64,000 nt of DNA from Eledone cirrhosa (GCA_964016885.1 OZ024753.1:38750001-38814000), one strand, 5' to 3'; counted from the stretch's first letter, positions 1 to 16,417 are shown. Numbers and translations: made by a program. Notes: generated from the letters alone by a model not told the origin.

Positions 1-121
1 TGTGGTGTTTAAACATTCGCGAATAGAATAACGTTCCTAGTGTGAATATCACTACCAGCATACTGTCAACTGACAGTTTAAAAGTCTATGGTCCATCTGG
101 TTCCTTACCACAATTCCTTTG

Positions 122-167
<46 letters not shown>

Positions 168-279
168 TTGAAGACTAAAATCCAAAGAGGGCTCTAACCA
201 AAGTATCGTCTTCCTGTTTTCCTTCGGTTGTAACGTTTTTTGAAATATTTACCTCTGCGTTCACAGATTGATATTTTTA

Positions 280-328
280 GTTTCAGAAGATCCCGTTAAG
301 GGTGAAAGCAGCGATTCTTTGCTTAAAC
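280..328 (+). ncRNA. Degenerate type I hammerhead (family C)
   Basis: GUUU CAGAAGA UCCC-GUUAA-GGGU GAAA GCA...UGC UU AAAC; U4 is mutated to A. Confidence 0.55.
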
Positions 329-349
329 CATAATCTGTTATTTTAATAA

Positions 350-406
<57 letters not shown>

Positions 407-1574
407 GATAAATCTACCAAAAGTTTACGGTAGTGTCCAATCCGTATGAAGAACTCAATGTAATCCGGATATCATGAAAAGAAGAGATGCATTCAAAAAC
501 CACTTTCGGTGAAAGATAAACGGAAAACAGAGTCAAGATAAATAATAATGAACTTTTTTTGTTTAATATAAGGAACTGTTTCTTTGTTTATTCATTATTT
601 TTTTAAATAATTTATATATATATATATATATATATGGGATAACAAGTTATCGTTTTAGGTAATTCAGTTTGAGGTTGTGAGTAGTCTGTACTGTGGATAG
701 TTTTAACGTACGGCGTTGTTTGACTCAACAAGAGGTTTCCTTAGTTAGGTAGCGAGTTCGCGAGAATTGCCATGTAGGTTATTCTTGGAGTAATAGTAGT
801 GAAAGGGTGAAGAATAACATGGTCGGCTGTACAAAAAGTGTTTTATTCATAGTATTAACAATTGTTTCATTGACCAGGTGAGTCTAAAGGCCGCTGATCA
901 CTCGAAGTTGCGTCACTCGACCTTAAATACAGTGTGTGTCTCTGATCAAATAATCGGAATATATATATATATTTACATACTGGAGTCATATGCCAGGTAT
1001 ATATGGAAGTATACGTTAGCTACTGTCGGTAACACTAGATATATAAATACAAATCTATAAATATATTAATAAAATTAAATAAATGAATTCATTACATAAG
1101 TGTTTTAATGACTAAGATAATTTATGCTCGCATAGTTGTATTGTTTATCATTGTTATTACTGCTGTTGATTAGCCTGGGTACACCTAGACTAAAAATCCA
1201 TCCTGCCGTGACAATCCATATTGTTTAACGCTTTCGTTAAAATATTTCCAATAAAAGACACTGCCTATTATTTCCCAAAGAAGTTTGAATATACTCAAAA
1301 GCTTGGAGAGATTTAATATAACTAAGTTTTTAATTAAACTTGAGTGAGGTTGTTGGGTTGGCATAATCGTTATAGCGCCAAACAAATGGGTTATTGCCTT
1401 TTGTCAAGATTGTGTATCTCTCTCCAATCACTCACATATAAAACCCGCGAATGCATTTATGTATCAGCTACAGTAGAGCGAAAAACAAAATTCTAATTTT
1501 TTTACACACACACATACACGTATATATATATATTAGAAATAGGATTTAGTCGTAGCTATACAAACACAGGAACA

Positions 1575-1618
1575 ACCGTCTATGCATTTCAGACTTGACT
1601 GTTCTTCATCAGGACGGT
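1575..1618 (-). ncRNA. Type I hammerhead ribozyme, palindromic helix III
   Basis: Minus: ACCGUC CUGAUGA AGAAC-AGUCAA-GUCU GAAA UGCA UA GACGGU. Confidence 0.85.
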
Positions 1619-2233
1619 CCCTAAAGTAACGGACCAACTTACTGAATCAAGAGAACGCTTTCCTTTGAAAAACCGTGGCTAAGACAGCAACGTAACATAA
1701 AATATATTGCTCAAGAACACAACACCCCTTCCTCTCAAGGATCTGAACCTACAACCTTCAAATCCTGAGTCAAAAACATTCTAACCACTAGTCAACCTGC
1801 CTTTACGCATCAACCAAAATAGACGTAAATCGCTGGCGTATGAGGAACATGTACTTTTAGATGGCAAGAAAAATTGTACTGAATTTATTATATACAATAA
1901 TAAAATTGGAAAAGCAGTGTCCCCTATATACATATATATGTTAATCAATTGAAATATATGTAAGGTTTTCCTAAGAAGCGACTTATTGTATGTAACGTAT
2001 TCACTCCAAAATCTCATGCTAATAGCTGACATAATATTTCAATGTTATTTGCAAGTGCATTCCGATTCGCATTTGAATTTTGTATTTAAATATTTGCCGT
2101 ACATAAATGTATATGTTTATGAAAGACAGATATATTATACAGTAGTATACAGATACACGTACACACGTATACGCAATAAATTGCTTCACACCAAGATAAT
2201 AACTGTATGTGTCTTTGCATATTGCATATACAT

Positions 2234-2299
<66 letters not shown>

Positions 2300-2320
2300 A
2301 TATAAAGGTATGTTTATAAA

Positions 2321-2384
<64 letters not shown>

Positions 2385-2436
2385 TACACACACACACATA
2401 TATATATATGTATATACATACGTATATATATATATG

Positions 2437-2549
<113 letters not shown>

Positions 2550-2651
2550 ATATTTATATATATATAAATATATATATATATAAATATATAGTACTTTGGT
2601 GCGTTATGGTCCACCTGGTTCCTTACCACTTTTCCCTCGTTATATATTTAT

Positions 2652-2740
<89 letters not shown>

Positions 2741-2744
2741 AATG

Positions 2745-2792
<48 letters not shown>

Positions 2793-3173
2793 CATATATA
2801 TATATACGTATGTATATACATATATATATGTGTGTAAGTGTGTGTGTGTAAGTGTGTGTGTGTAAGTGTGTGTGTAAGTGTGTGTGTGTTGCAGAGTGGC
2901 TTTACAGGTATGAAAATAACAACAACCGTTTACTGATGAGGCAGACGATACTTCAAGCAGAGTGGTATTTATCGGCCTTGATATAGTATACACATACACA
3001 CTTATATATATATGTATGTATCTCACACACACACACACATACACACATACACACATACATATAGTACAAACAGCCACATATTTACACTCTACTTACCCAA
3101 CGATCGAGTACTCTGCTGAATAATGGTCTAACTACCTTAAAACTGTTATAATCCTAATCCCCCCCTCTCTCTC

Positions 3174-3254
<81 letters not shown>

Positions 3255-3381
3255 CGAAGGAAATATGGTAAGGAACCAGGTGGACCATAACGCACCAAAG
3301 TACTCAATACTTAGGGTAGTAGAGTGGGTAATAGGAACGAGTAGGACCTATTATATATATATGTATATATACACACACACA

Positions 3382-3421
<40 letters not shown>

Positions 3422-3456
3422 TATATCTATATATATGCGTGTGTGTGTATATATAC

Positions 3457-3568
<112 letters not shown>

Positions 3569-3896
3569 TTATATATATTTACTCTCTTAATTTTTCGGCT
3601 CTGTTTAACTGCATTGAGCTATACCTTTTACTGTCATTTCTATAATACGAAGAGGGTGTTTGACTCAAACACGCTCCAGTATTCTAATCCTTATATTTAT
3701 ATATATATATATTTATATATATATATATATATATAAACAGTTCATGTGTATTTAAATATATATGCTTATAAAAACTGCATACGTGTTTATATGTATAAGT
3801 ATATATCTGAAAATGATATATATATTTAAATGTATATGTATATAACGATTATATATTTTCATATACTATATATGTATATTATAAATATATATACTA

Positions 3897-4083
3897 GGGC
3901 GGTGGATTGGCAGTATCGGTAGAGGGTCGGACGCCATGCTTTCCAGCATAGTTACGTCCCTTTACCATCTGAGTTCAAATCCCGCCGAGGTTGACTTTGC
4001 CTTTCATCCTTACGGGGTCGATAAAATAAAGTACCAGTAATGCACTGGTAATTGCTGGCCTTGTGCCTAAAGTAGAAACAATT
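3897..4083 (+). mobile_element. tRNA-derived SINE family 1. Also 39100-39289 -, 45572-45756 -, 47378-47571 -. Partial or diverged: 10545-10676 -, 19135-19233 -, 32585-32722 +, 52250-52335 +, 54000-54145 +, 61950-62100 -, 63540-63672 -
   Basis: B-box GAGTTCAAATCC, central GACTTTGCCTTTCATCC...GGGGTCGATAAAATAAAGTACCAG, tail GCTGGCCTTGTGCCTAAAGTAGAAAC; several closely similar copies. Confidence 0.85.
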
Positions 4084-4389
4084 ATAAATATATATTTATA
4101 TGTATATGTATATAAAAACTACATACGTATCCATATATATACATATTTATATATAAATGTATATAAAAATTATATATGTATATTAATACCAATATGACCA
4201 CACCATTCTCGTTGTAACACCAAATTAAAGATTAAAAAAATCGATTTGAGTCACACACCTTTAACCGATCAGATGGCATTGCTAACGACATAACTTTAAA
4301 CCAGTTGAGGATAATTTTGTCTCCTTTAGCAACTTAGTTACTATAGTGTTTAGCGTATATTTATATCTTTATACATTCATATGTGTGTG

Positions 4390-4435
<46 letters not shown>

Positions 4436-4448
4436 ATATGACACCCAA

Positions 4449-4495
4449 CTTCCTGAAGATTTCATCTGAATGAAACAGTACTAGTCCTGTAGAAG
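4449..4495 (+). ncRNA. Type I hammerhead ribozyme (family B)
   Basis: CUUC CUGAAGA UUUC-AUCU-GAAU GAAA CAG-UACUAGUC-CUG UA GAAG. Confidence 0.8.
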
Positions 4496-4584
4496 CTCCT
4501 TCTATAAAATAAAAAAATGTTTACTCTGCCATGTATTGAGTACCTTACTTACTGTGGTTATCCCCGACTCAACCCGGGACCTAC

Positions 4585-4631
<47 letters not shown>

Positions 4632-4640
4632 TATATATAC

Positions 4641-5023
<383 letters not shown>

Positions 5024-5132
5024 GATATATATATATACACAAAGCCTATTAATCTATCTGTATAAATATCTATCTATGTATATCTATATGCATATATATA
5101 TCTATATCTATGTATATATATATATGTAAGTT

Positions 5133-5171
<39 letters not shown>

Positions 5172-5217
5172 GTATAAACATATATATTTATATATATATA
5201 TATATACACGCACACAC

Positions 5218-5249
<32 letters not shown>

Positions 5250-5287
5250 GTATATGAATATATACATATATATACATATATATGTAC

Positions 5288-5365
<78 letters not shown>

Positions 5366-5550
5366 TGACAGATATTGATAGATGGATATACAGATGTGTG
5401 TGTGACTGCGAATTTCCATATCAGAATATATATATTTTACTACGGGTTTTGTGGGAGCTCATTCAGGAATACTTGATTATTTTACGTATTACGATATACT
5501 AAATACACATCCCAACACACAGACACACACACACACACGTATACATATAC

Positions 5551-5633
<83 letters not shown>

Positions 5634-5677
5634 TATATATATGTATATATGTATATATATCTTTATATATATATATT

Positions 5678-5717
<40 letters not shown>

Positions 5718-5867
5718 ATATATATATGTATATATATACACACATATACCTAATTTTCAGGAATGTAAGACAAACTGGTGTATAATCCAGAAGAAGGAAG
5801 AGTTAATATACAACTATGCATACACATTATTTCTGTGTGTGTACATATGCATATATATATATGTATG

Positions 5868-6019
<152 letters not shown>

Positions 6020-6225
6020 AGAAAGTGAGGTTTTTTTACAAAATGAAAAATAACCGAGGTGTCCTACACGAGGGAAAGTATAAAGAAAAAGAGATGAAAT
6101 CGAAAATGCAACTGCAGTCTTATTTAAAAAAAATATATATATTTATTTGGTTCCTTTACCGGTTTCGCAGTTCTCCATCTCAACTGTACTTTTGAAAAAA
6201 AAAATCCTGTTGCATTTTCGATTTC

Positions 6226-6326
<101 letters not shown>

Positions 6327-6631
6327 CTGTATGTATGGATATATATATATACATATATATATATGTATCTATATACATAGATACACATATATATATATAT
6401 GCATACATATATGCTAAACACATAGAGTGATAGGTACTTATATACACGGGTAACAAAATATTCAAATATGTGCGCGCATATACATTTATATTTATATGTA
6501 TATCTATCTATCTAACATGTACATATATATATACATACATACCTATGTATACACAAACATATATACATATGTTTAATCATACGTTTATATATATATATAT
6601 GGACATATATATATATGTATATGTATGTATG

Positions 6632-6674
<43 letters not shown>

Positions 6675-6793
6675 TGACACAAACACATACACACGTATGT
6701 TTATATGAAAATATTTTTTAGAATATTTACATATTGTAATTAATATGCATTTATTTGTTCAATCAGAATTGCATTTAAACTTGTACGTATGAT

Positions 6794-6826
<33 letters not shown>

Positions 6827-6927
6827 AATATAAATAATTAATATAAAATAAATATACGTATTTATATGTATACAATATACATATATGTACTTGTGTGCGC
6901 CTTTAAATAATTACGTTCGTATCTAGA

Positions 6928-7043
<116 letters not shown>

Positions 7044-7387
7044 TATATATATACATATATATATATATACTTATATATATTTACATGTTTACATAAATAT
7101 ATTTATGAATATACTTAATCCCTTATTTGCTTATATACATATTTGTGTCTATATATCCTTCATATGCCTTTATCTAACTTTAAATCGTTTTACCTGTAAG
7201 AGCAATATATTTTTTATACTGTCACTCGTATCTTGGCATTCCCCTGGGTTTCGTGGAACTGGATGTATGGACACTTATCTGTCGAACCTTCCTCTTTTAA
7301 TAGATTTTTTAAAGTACATCTCTATTCTGAAATATAATTATATAGGAAATATAATAAGGTATGTATGTATATATGTATGTATGTATA

Positions 7388-7534
<147 letters not shown>

Positions 7535-7640
7535 GCATACACACCCACATATAATCTTATATATATATGATGTTCATATGTATATATTTATATTTATACA
7601 TATATGTATAAATATATAAATATATGTTCATATATTTATA

Positions 7641-7912
<272 letters not shown>

Positions 7913-7947
7913 ATTATATATTTATATATCATTATATATTTATACTG

Positions 7948-8016
<69 letters not shown>

Positions 8017-8164
8017 TATATACGCATACACACCCACATATAATCTTATATATATATATGATGTTCATATGTATATATTTATATTCATACATATATGTAT
8101 AAATATATAAATATATGTTCATATATTTATACGTATTTATATATATAATTATATATTTATACTG

Positions 8165-8234
<70 letters not shown>

Positions 8235-8443
8235 TCATAAACGTTGAGGATATATGCATATTTGCATTTACATATATATTTATTAGTATGTCGATATATT
8301 CATATATATATATTTACATATGCAAATACACGCACACACACACACGTGTATATACACACACTTTACAAACATACATAGAATCATGCACTCATACATACAA
8401 ACATAAATGTATTCTTACATGCACACACACACACATATATATG

Positions 8444-8529
<86 letters not shown>

Positions 8530-8931
8530 AATGTGTATGCATGTATATATTTATATATATATAGATATATAGAGATAATATACATATATACATTTAATTA
8601 CATACATATCATACATATTTACATGATATCGAATATAACTTCAAAATATATATACAAATTGTAACGACAAAATATGAAATAAAATTAGTTTATTCAATAT
8701 AATGTAGTTTAAACAAAAACTACACACGTATTTCCTCACTAGGTAGGTTTATATTCATATTTATACTCATATATGCTAATGATATATGTGTATACGCTCT
8801 ATATCCATGTATTGTATATATATATATATACATATATATATATACATATATATATACATATATATATACATATACACACATATATATATACATATATATA
8901 TACATATACACACATATATATATATATATAT

Positions 8932-9014
<83 letters not shown>

Positions 9015-9019
9015 TACAT

Positions 9020-9483
9020 GTAAAGTTATATTTAAAATTGTTGGGTTACAACTAGTAAGTATTTATAACTGATATAAAAGCACTCGACAAATACTTGGAG
9101 TATATTTACAATATTAAATAAATGGAAAACTATATTTATAAAACCATATTTATTTCATTATATATATTTCGGGGATATCATATTAACAATATGCTATGCC
9201 TTCATCAGACAAAATACAATATAAACAGTTTTATAGATAAATATATTCGACATACCGTAATAAACATCAACTTCATTTGAAGAGGTTCACTCTGCTAGAG
9301 TGAACCTCTTCAAATGAAGTTGATGTTTATTACGGTATGTCGAATATATTTATCTATAAAACTGTTTATATTGTATTTTGTCTGATGAAGGCATAGCATA
9401 TTGTTAATATGATATCCCCGAAATATATATAATGAAATAAATATGGTTTTATAAATATAGTTTTCCATTTATTTAATATTGTA
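9020..9483. mobile_element. PLE-like end (family E) with fold-back inversion, in (TA)n
   Basis: Apparently perfect 187-bp arms 9107-9293 / 9297-9483 with 3-nt spacer GCT; an HHR in each arm. Confidence 0.8.
9374..9439 (+). ncRNA. Type I hammerhead ribozyme (family E); mirror copy at 9151-9216 on -
   Basis: UAUUUUGU CUGAUGA, helix II (GG.AUA.CAUAUU/AAUAUG.UAU.CC), GAAA UAUAUA UA AUGAAAUA. Confidence 0.8.
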
Positions 9484-9722
9484 TATACATATATATATAT
9501 ATATATATATAGGAAAAGAGTCAGGACCCTGATGGCTTAGCTCCGGCCGTTTCGACAGCTAGATCCAACTGTCGAAACTGCCGGAGCTCAGCCGTCAGGG
9601 TCCTGACTCTTTTCCTATAACCCACTACCCTAAGTATGGAGTACTCTGGGGCTTCATAGTCCACCTGGTTCCTTACAACACTTCCTTCATTACACACACA
9701 CACATATATATGCACACACACA

Positions 9723-10535
9723 CAGATTTCACCCGTCTTTAGGTTTGTTGTGATTATATTCAGTTGAATGTCTTCTTAAGGGCATCTATATCTCAAACCC
9801 TTAATGACATACGACGTTTCTTGGGCCTTTTAAACCTGGACATAGTAGCTCTCTTGGAGAGAAGAATAGAACGTTAGAGAGAAGAAGTAAGAAAGAGATA
9901 GAGAGGAAGATGTATATACTTGTATGCTATATAAGTATATATATTACTAATATGTTTATATACGTTTATATATGCATATATTCTTATATTTTATATATGC
10001 ATGTATGCTATATAAACATATATACGACTTGTATGCTTATATATGCATATATTAAATATATGCTTGTATGTTATTTAAGCATATATACTATTTATATACT
10101 TATATACTTTTACATACGCTATATAAATATATATACTACTTATATTGTTATATATGTTTATATAAGCTATTTAGGCATATATACTACTTATATAGTATAC
10201 TACTATTTTTATAGTCATATAAGCTACTTATGTATCTTAAATATCTGCATATGTACCTAAATTTATAGTAAAATAATGGGCCCTGAACACCTAATTGATT
10301 GGTAGGAACGTCCCCCTGGTGGCGTGTATTGGGTACTTTAAACCTGGCAGATTTCACCCGTCTTTAGGTTTGTTGTGATTATATTCAGTTGAATGTCTTC
10401 CTAAGGGCATCTATATCTCTAACCCTTAATGACATACGACGTTTCTCGGGCCTTTTAAACCTGGACATAGTAGCTCTCTTGGAGAGAAGAATAGAACGTT
10501 AGAGAGAAGAAGTAAGAAAGAGATATAGAGGAAGA
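9723..10535 (+). repeat. ~187-bp direct duplication (9723-9909 and 10348-10535)
   Basis: CAGATTTCACCCGTCTTTAGG...AGAGGAAGA occurs twice with a few substitutions. Confidence 0.9.
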
Positions 10536-10684
10536 ATTGACTCCAGTATTAGACTGGTACTTTTTTCTATCAACCTTGAATGGATAATAGGCAAAGTTGA
10601 CCTAGGCTGGATTTGAACTCAGAGAGCAGAAAAGCGGAACAAATACCAACGTTCTAACAATTTTCCAATTTGCCTCTTACATTG

Positions 10685-12600
10685 TCTAGTTACTATAGTG
10701 TAATTTACTATAGCTGATATAACTTACATTACTATATTTTCTATAGAGTATATTTCCATAACTGCTATAGCGTACATTACCCTAGTTACTGTAGCTGCTA
10801 TAGCGTACATTACCCTAGTTACTGTAGCTGCTATAGCGTACGTTACCATAGTTACTATAGTCTACGTTTCTATAGCTACTATAGTGTAGATTAGCTTAGT
10901 TACTATAGTCAACGTTACTATAGCTACTATAGTGTAGATTAGCTTAGTTACTATAGACTACGTTACTATAGCTACTATAGTGTAGATTAGCTTAGTTACT
11001 ATAGACTACGTTACTATAGCTACTATAGTGTAGATTAGCTTAGTTACTATAGACTACGTTACTATAGCTACTATAGTGTAGATTAGCTTAGATACTATAA
11101 TCCACGTTACTATAGGCTACGTTACTATAGCTACTATAGTGTAGATTAGCTTAGTTACTATAATCCACGTTACTATAGACTACGTTACTATAGCTACTAT
11201 AGTGTAGATTAGCTTAGTTACTATAGACTACGTTACTATAGCTACTATAGTGTAGATTAGCTTAGTTACTATAGACTACGTTACTATAGCTACTATAGTG
11301 TAGATTAGCTTAGTTACTATAGACTACGTTACTATAGCTACTATAGTGTAGATTAGCTTAGTTACTATAGACTACGTTACTATAGCTACTATAGTGTGGA
11401 TTAGCTTAGTTACTATAGACTACGTTACTATAGCTACTATAGTGTAGATTAGCTTAGTTACTATAGACTACGTTACTATAGACTACGTTACTATAGCTAC
11501 TATAGTGTAGATTAGCTTTGTTACTATAGACTACGTTACTATAGCCACTATAGTATAGATTAGCTTAGTTACTATAGACTACGTTACTATAGACTACGTT
11601 ACTATAGACTACGTTACTATAGACTACATTACTATAGCTACTATAGTGTAGATTAGCTTAGTTACTATAGTCCACGTTACTATAGTCCACGTTACTATAG
11701 ACTACGTTACTATAGACTACGTTACTATAGCTACTATAGTGTAGATTAGCTTAGTTACTATAGTCCACGTTACTATAGACTACGTTACTATAGCTACTAT
11801 AGTGTAGATTAGCTTAGTTACTATAGACTATGTTACTATAGTCAACGTTACTATAGCTACTATAGTGTAGATTAGCTTAGTTACTATAGTCCACGTTACT
11901 ATAGACTACGTTACTATAGCCACTATAGTGTAGATTAGCTTAGTTACTATAGACTACGTTACTATAGCTACTATAGTGTAGATTAGCTTAGTTACTATAG
12001 ACTACGTTACTATAGCTACTATAGTGTAGATTAGCTTAGTTACTATAGACTACGTTACTATAGCTACTATAGTGTAGATTAGCTTAGTTACTATAGACTA
12101 CGTTACTATAGCTACTATAGTGTAGATTAGCTTAGTTACTATAGTCCACGTTACTATAGCCACTATAGTGTAGATTAGGTTAGTTACTATAGACTACGTT
12201 ACCATAGGCTACGTTACTATAGACTACGTTACTATAGACTACGTTACTATAGCTACTATAGTGTAGATTAGCTTAGTTACTATAGTCCACGTTACTATAG
12301 ACTACGTTACTATAGCTACTATAGTGTAGATTAGCTTAGTTCTATAGACTACGTTACTATAGACTACGTTACTATAGACTACGTTACTATAGCTACTATA
12401 GTGTGGATTAGCTTAGTTCTATAGACTACGTTACTATAGACTACGTTACTATAGACTACGTTACTATAGCTACTATAGTGTAGATTAGCTTAGTTCTATA
12501 GACTACGTTACTATAGACTACGTTACTATAGACTACGTTACTATAGACTACGTTACTATAGACTACGTTACTATAGCTACTATAGTGTAGATTAGCTAAG
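10685..12600. repeat. Minisatellite, 48-bp higher-order unit of 9+24+15-bp subunits
   Basis: GCTACTATA + GTGTAGATTAGCTTAGTTACTATA + (GACTACGTTACTATA)n; period 48 (10923 to 10971), with variable 15-mer copy number. Confidence 0.95.
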
Positions 12601-12680
12601 CCTATATTACATACTTCGCTATAGCTTTCGAACAAACTCTTAAATAAATGTTATTGATATGAACGTCATAGAGATCCTAG

Positions 12681-12712
<32 letters not shown>

Positions 12713-12789
12713 AGGATGATGACGATGATGATGATGATGATAATGATGATGATCTTGAAAATGACCACTATGACGTAGTTGATAACAAT

Positions 12790-13025
12790 ACCGATGACGA
12801 TGATGACACCGATGACGATGACGATACCGATGACGATGATGATACCGATGACGATGATGATACCGATGACGATGATGATACCGATGACGATGATGATACC
12901 GATTACGATGATGATACCGATGACGATGATGATACCGATGACGATGATGACACCGATGACGATGATGATACCGATGACGATGATGATACCGATGACGATG
13001 ATGATACCGATTACGATGATGATGA
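12790..13025. repeat. 18-bp minisatellite derived from (GAT)n
   Basis: (ACCGATGACGATGATGAT)n inside a GAT-rich tract. Confidence 0.9.
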
Positions 13026-13412
13026 TGATCATCATAATGTTGACGGCGATGACGATGAAGATGATGATGAACTTGATGTTGATGATGATGATGACAATGA
13101 CAATGATGATGATGATGATGATGATAATGATGAAGAAGATCGATGTTTGGAAATGCATATTGATGCTCAATTATTCGTCGGCCAGTAAATCGTCCCCAAG
13201 GGAGGTAATGCTGCTTAGATGTTTAATGTACATGTAATGCCGTTCTTTGTGTTTAGAACATAACTGTTTACTGTAAATTAGGAAATTACTAATAAAAAGA
13301 AATCTGTTTAACTTTCATATCATATATACAAATAACCATGTCACCCCTCCACCCACTCTCTCAAGCGTGAACCTAATACTAACACTTTGTACTGCACTCT
13401 TCGCTTTGTTTT

Positions 13413-13448
<36 letters not shown>

Positions 13449-13451
<3 letters not shown>

Positions 13452-13892
13452 AAAGTTTTATTTAAAATTGTTGGGTTACAACGAGTAAATATTTTATAAC
13501 TGATATAAAAGCACTCAACAGTTTCTGGAGTAGGTTTACGATATTAAACAAATGGAAACTATATTTATAAAACCATATTTATTTCGTTATATATATTTCT
13601 GGGATATCATATTAAAAATATGGTATGCCTTCCTCAGACAAAATACAATACATAAGCTGTTTTATAAATAATTTTGACATACCTTATAATAATGCAACTT
13701 CCAACTACCAAATCAACTTTTTAAATGGAAGTTGCATTATTATAAGGTATGTCAAAATTATTTATAAAACAGCTTATGTATTGTATTTTGTCTGAGGAAG
13801 GCATACCATATTTTTAATATGATATCCCAGAAATATATATAACGAAATAAATATGGTTTTATAAATATAGTTTCCATTTGTTTAATATCGTA
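13449..13892. mobile_element. PLE-like end (family E) with fold-back inversion, in (TA)n
   Basis: Homologous to 9020-9483; arms ~13537-13703 / 13726-13892 with 22-nt spacer. Confidence 0.8.
13784..13849 (+). ncRNA. Type I hammerhead ribozyme (family E); mirror copy at 13580-13645 on -
   Basis: UAUUUUGU CUGAGGA, helix II, GAAA UAUAUA UA ACGAAAUA. Differs from the 9.4 kb copy at the free N7 position. Confidence 0.8.
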
Positions 13893-13952
13893 TATATATA
13901 TATATATATTAATTCAAAATATTAACAAAATAGATATTCTTGTGATCAATTA

Positions 13953-14019
13953 TATTTTATTATACATATTTCAGAGGTACTGAGTTAAGTTCAACAGTAC
14001 GTCCTCATCAGATAAAATA
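13953..14019 (-). ncRNA. Type I hammerhead ribozyme
   Basis: Minus: UAUUUUAU CUGAUGA GGACGUACUG...CAGUACCUCU GAAA UAUGUA UA AUAAAAUA; 8-bp helix I. Confidence 0.85.
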
Positions 14020-14145
14020 AAATGATACATGACAAACCCTGACATAGTAGATGGTTAAGATTCAGTCTTGGTAGTGATTAACTTATGACAAAACTCAATA
14101 TTTATACCCTAATATTGAGAACTTTTAAATATATATATATATATA

Positions 14146-14458
<313 letters not shown>

Positions 14459-14490
14459 GTGTGCGCGTGTGTGTATATTTAATATAAAGA

Positions 14491-14762
14491 ATGATGTGTC
14501 CAGACGTAGAGCCTTCTGACTTCTGGATGCTCCTGAAGCTGAGGGAGAAGCTCAGGGATATCCACTTTGAAGATATGGAGATGCACTGGATACTTTCACT
14601 TTGGAGGACTACAAGGGGGCCTTCCGGAGGTGGTGACTGGAGCGCTACAACAAGTGCATTGAAGTTGGAGAATCCTACTTTTGGGGAGACTACAGTTTTG
14701 TGATGATCTGAGTTAAATAAAGGGCTCTCTGATAAAATTCTCAAGACCTTTGAGTCTACCTC

Positions 14763-14765
<3 letters not shown>
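14491..14765 (+). mobile_element. Mariner transposon remnant (transposase C-terminus + right TIR)
   Basis: CPDVEPSDFWMLLKLREKLRDIHFEDME resembles YSPDLAPSDF.LF.KLK..L.G..F; ends CCTCGTA then TA. Confidence 0.7.
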
Positions 14766-14826
<61 letters not shown>

Positions 14827-15008
14827 ACCGGGTGATGCGTTATGTCCTTGAGCAAGACACTTTATTTCACGTTGCTCCTTCTACCTAGAGTTGCGACCGA
14901 TAGATAGTATTAGCAACTGGAAAGACCGACGAAAACATTGTTTCCTCGGTCCGATTTGACGAAAGTCGATCGATCCTTTTTTATATATATATTTATATAT
15001 ACATATAA

Positions 15009-15103
<95 letters not shown>

Positions 15104-15244
15104 ATAATAATAAATTTGAAGACTAAAATCCAAAGAGGGCTCGATAAAGATAAATATATATCAAATATATAAGAACCACAGAGCAAATAAGGGTGAAAGC
15201 AGCGATTCTTTGCTTAAACTTTAATATGTTATTTTAATAAATAT

Positions 15245-15373
<129 letters not shown>

Positions 15374-15390
15374 TATATATTTAGATAGAT

Positions 15391-15565
15391 AGATTTCTTT
15401 ATTAGCCACAGGGGCACAAAAGAAGGGGACAAATACAAAGGGGGAAGTTTACATACAATAAAAACGTGTAAAATGTTATCACAGATGGAATTTAAAAGTT
15501 AGTCGATTTTCCCCAATAGAGGGAGACAGTTTATATGGGTAACACAGACCCCCGAAAAAAATGTG
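15391..15565 (-). mobile_element. 5'-truncated Tx1-like 3' UTR fragment
   Basis: Reverse complement TGTCCCCTTCTTTTGTGCCCCTGTGGCTAATAAAGAAATCTATC; (GATA)n on both sides on +. Confidence 0.85.
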
Positions 15566-15676
15566 AGATAGATAGATAGATAGATATAGATAGATGTACA
15601 TATACGCGCCTACAATGGTACCCACTCTTGTATAAACATGCCATCCATCCCCTTGTGTATGCAAGTGTTTATATAT

Positions 15677-15731
<55 letters not shown>

Positions 15732-15871
15732 CATATTCCAAAACATACATGTTGATTAATAAATTTATGCATATTTTGACGAGTGTGTGTATGTCAGTAA
15801 GTGTCTGAGCTGTGTGTCTGAGTGTCTATGTGTGTAGGTGTGTACAGAAGTGAATGAATGTGTGCGTGTGT

Positions 15872-15910
<39 letters not shown>

Positions 15911-16091
15911 TGTGTTTGTGTGCGTAGGTGAGTGTGTTTATATTTGTACAAATGCCTACATAAAATTATATATGAATTCATGTGTGAAAATATGCATAAA
16001 TATATGAATCTACATAAGTGTATCTGTATATGTAGATATATACACTCGCATGCAGTGATATGTATACATACATAATAAACACATATACATA

Positions 16092-16197
<106 letters not shown>

Positions 16198-16417
16198 ATA
16201 GTTGAATATATATGTATGTATAGAAGTATGTTTGTTCACTCATACACACTCATTCACCTCCCCACACTCACTAACGCACATACATGCACACACACATATA
16301 TATATATACGCGTATATATGTGTATGTATATATATATACACATATATACATATATATATATGTGTGTGTGTGTGTATGTGTATATATATATACATTACCT
16401 CACTTGAACTATGGATA

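Noticed and set aside
1185-1385. 66-aa hydrophobic ORF on - as a host exon
   Set aside because: No recognisable domain, no ATG and no convincing splice signals.
2925-2985. CTGATGAGGC...GCC hammerhead-like start
   Set aside because: No GAAA box or helix I partner follows.
10685-12600. CRISPR-like array
   Set aside because: No unique spacers, no cas genes, eukaryotic context.
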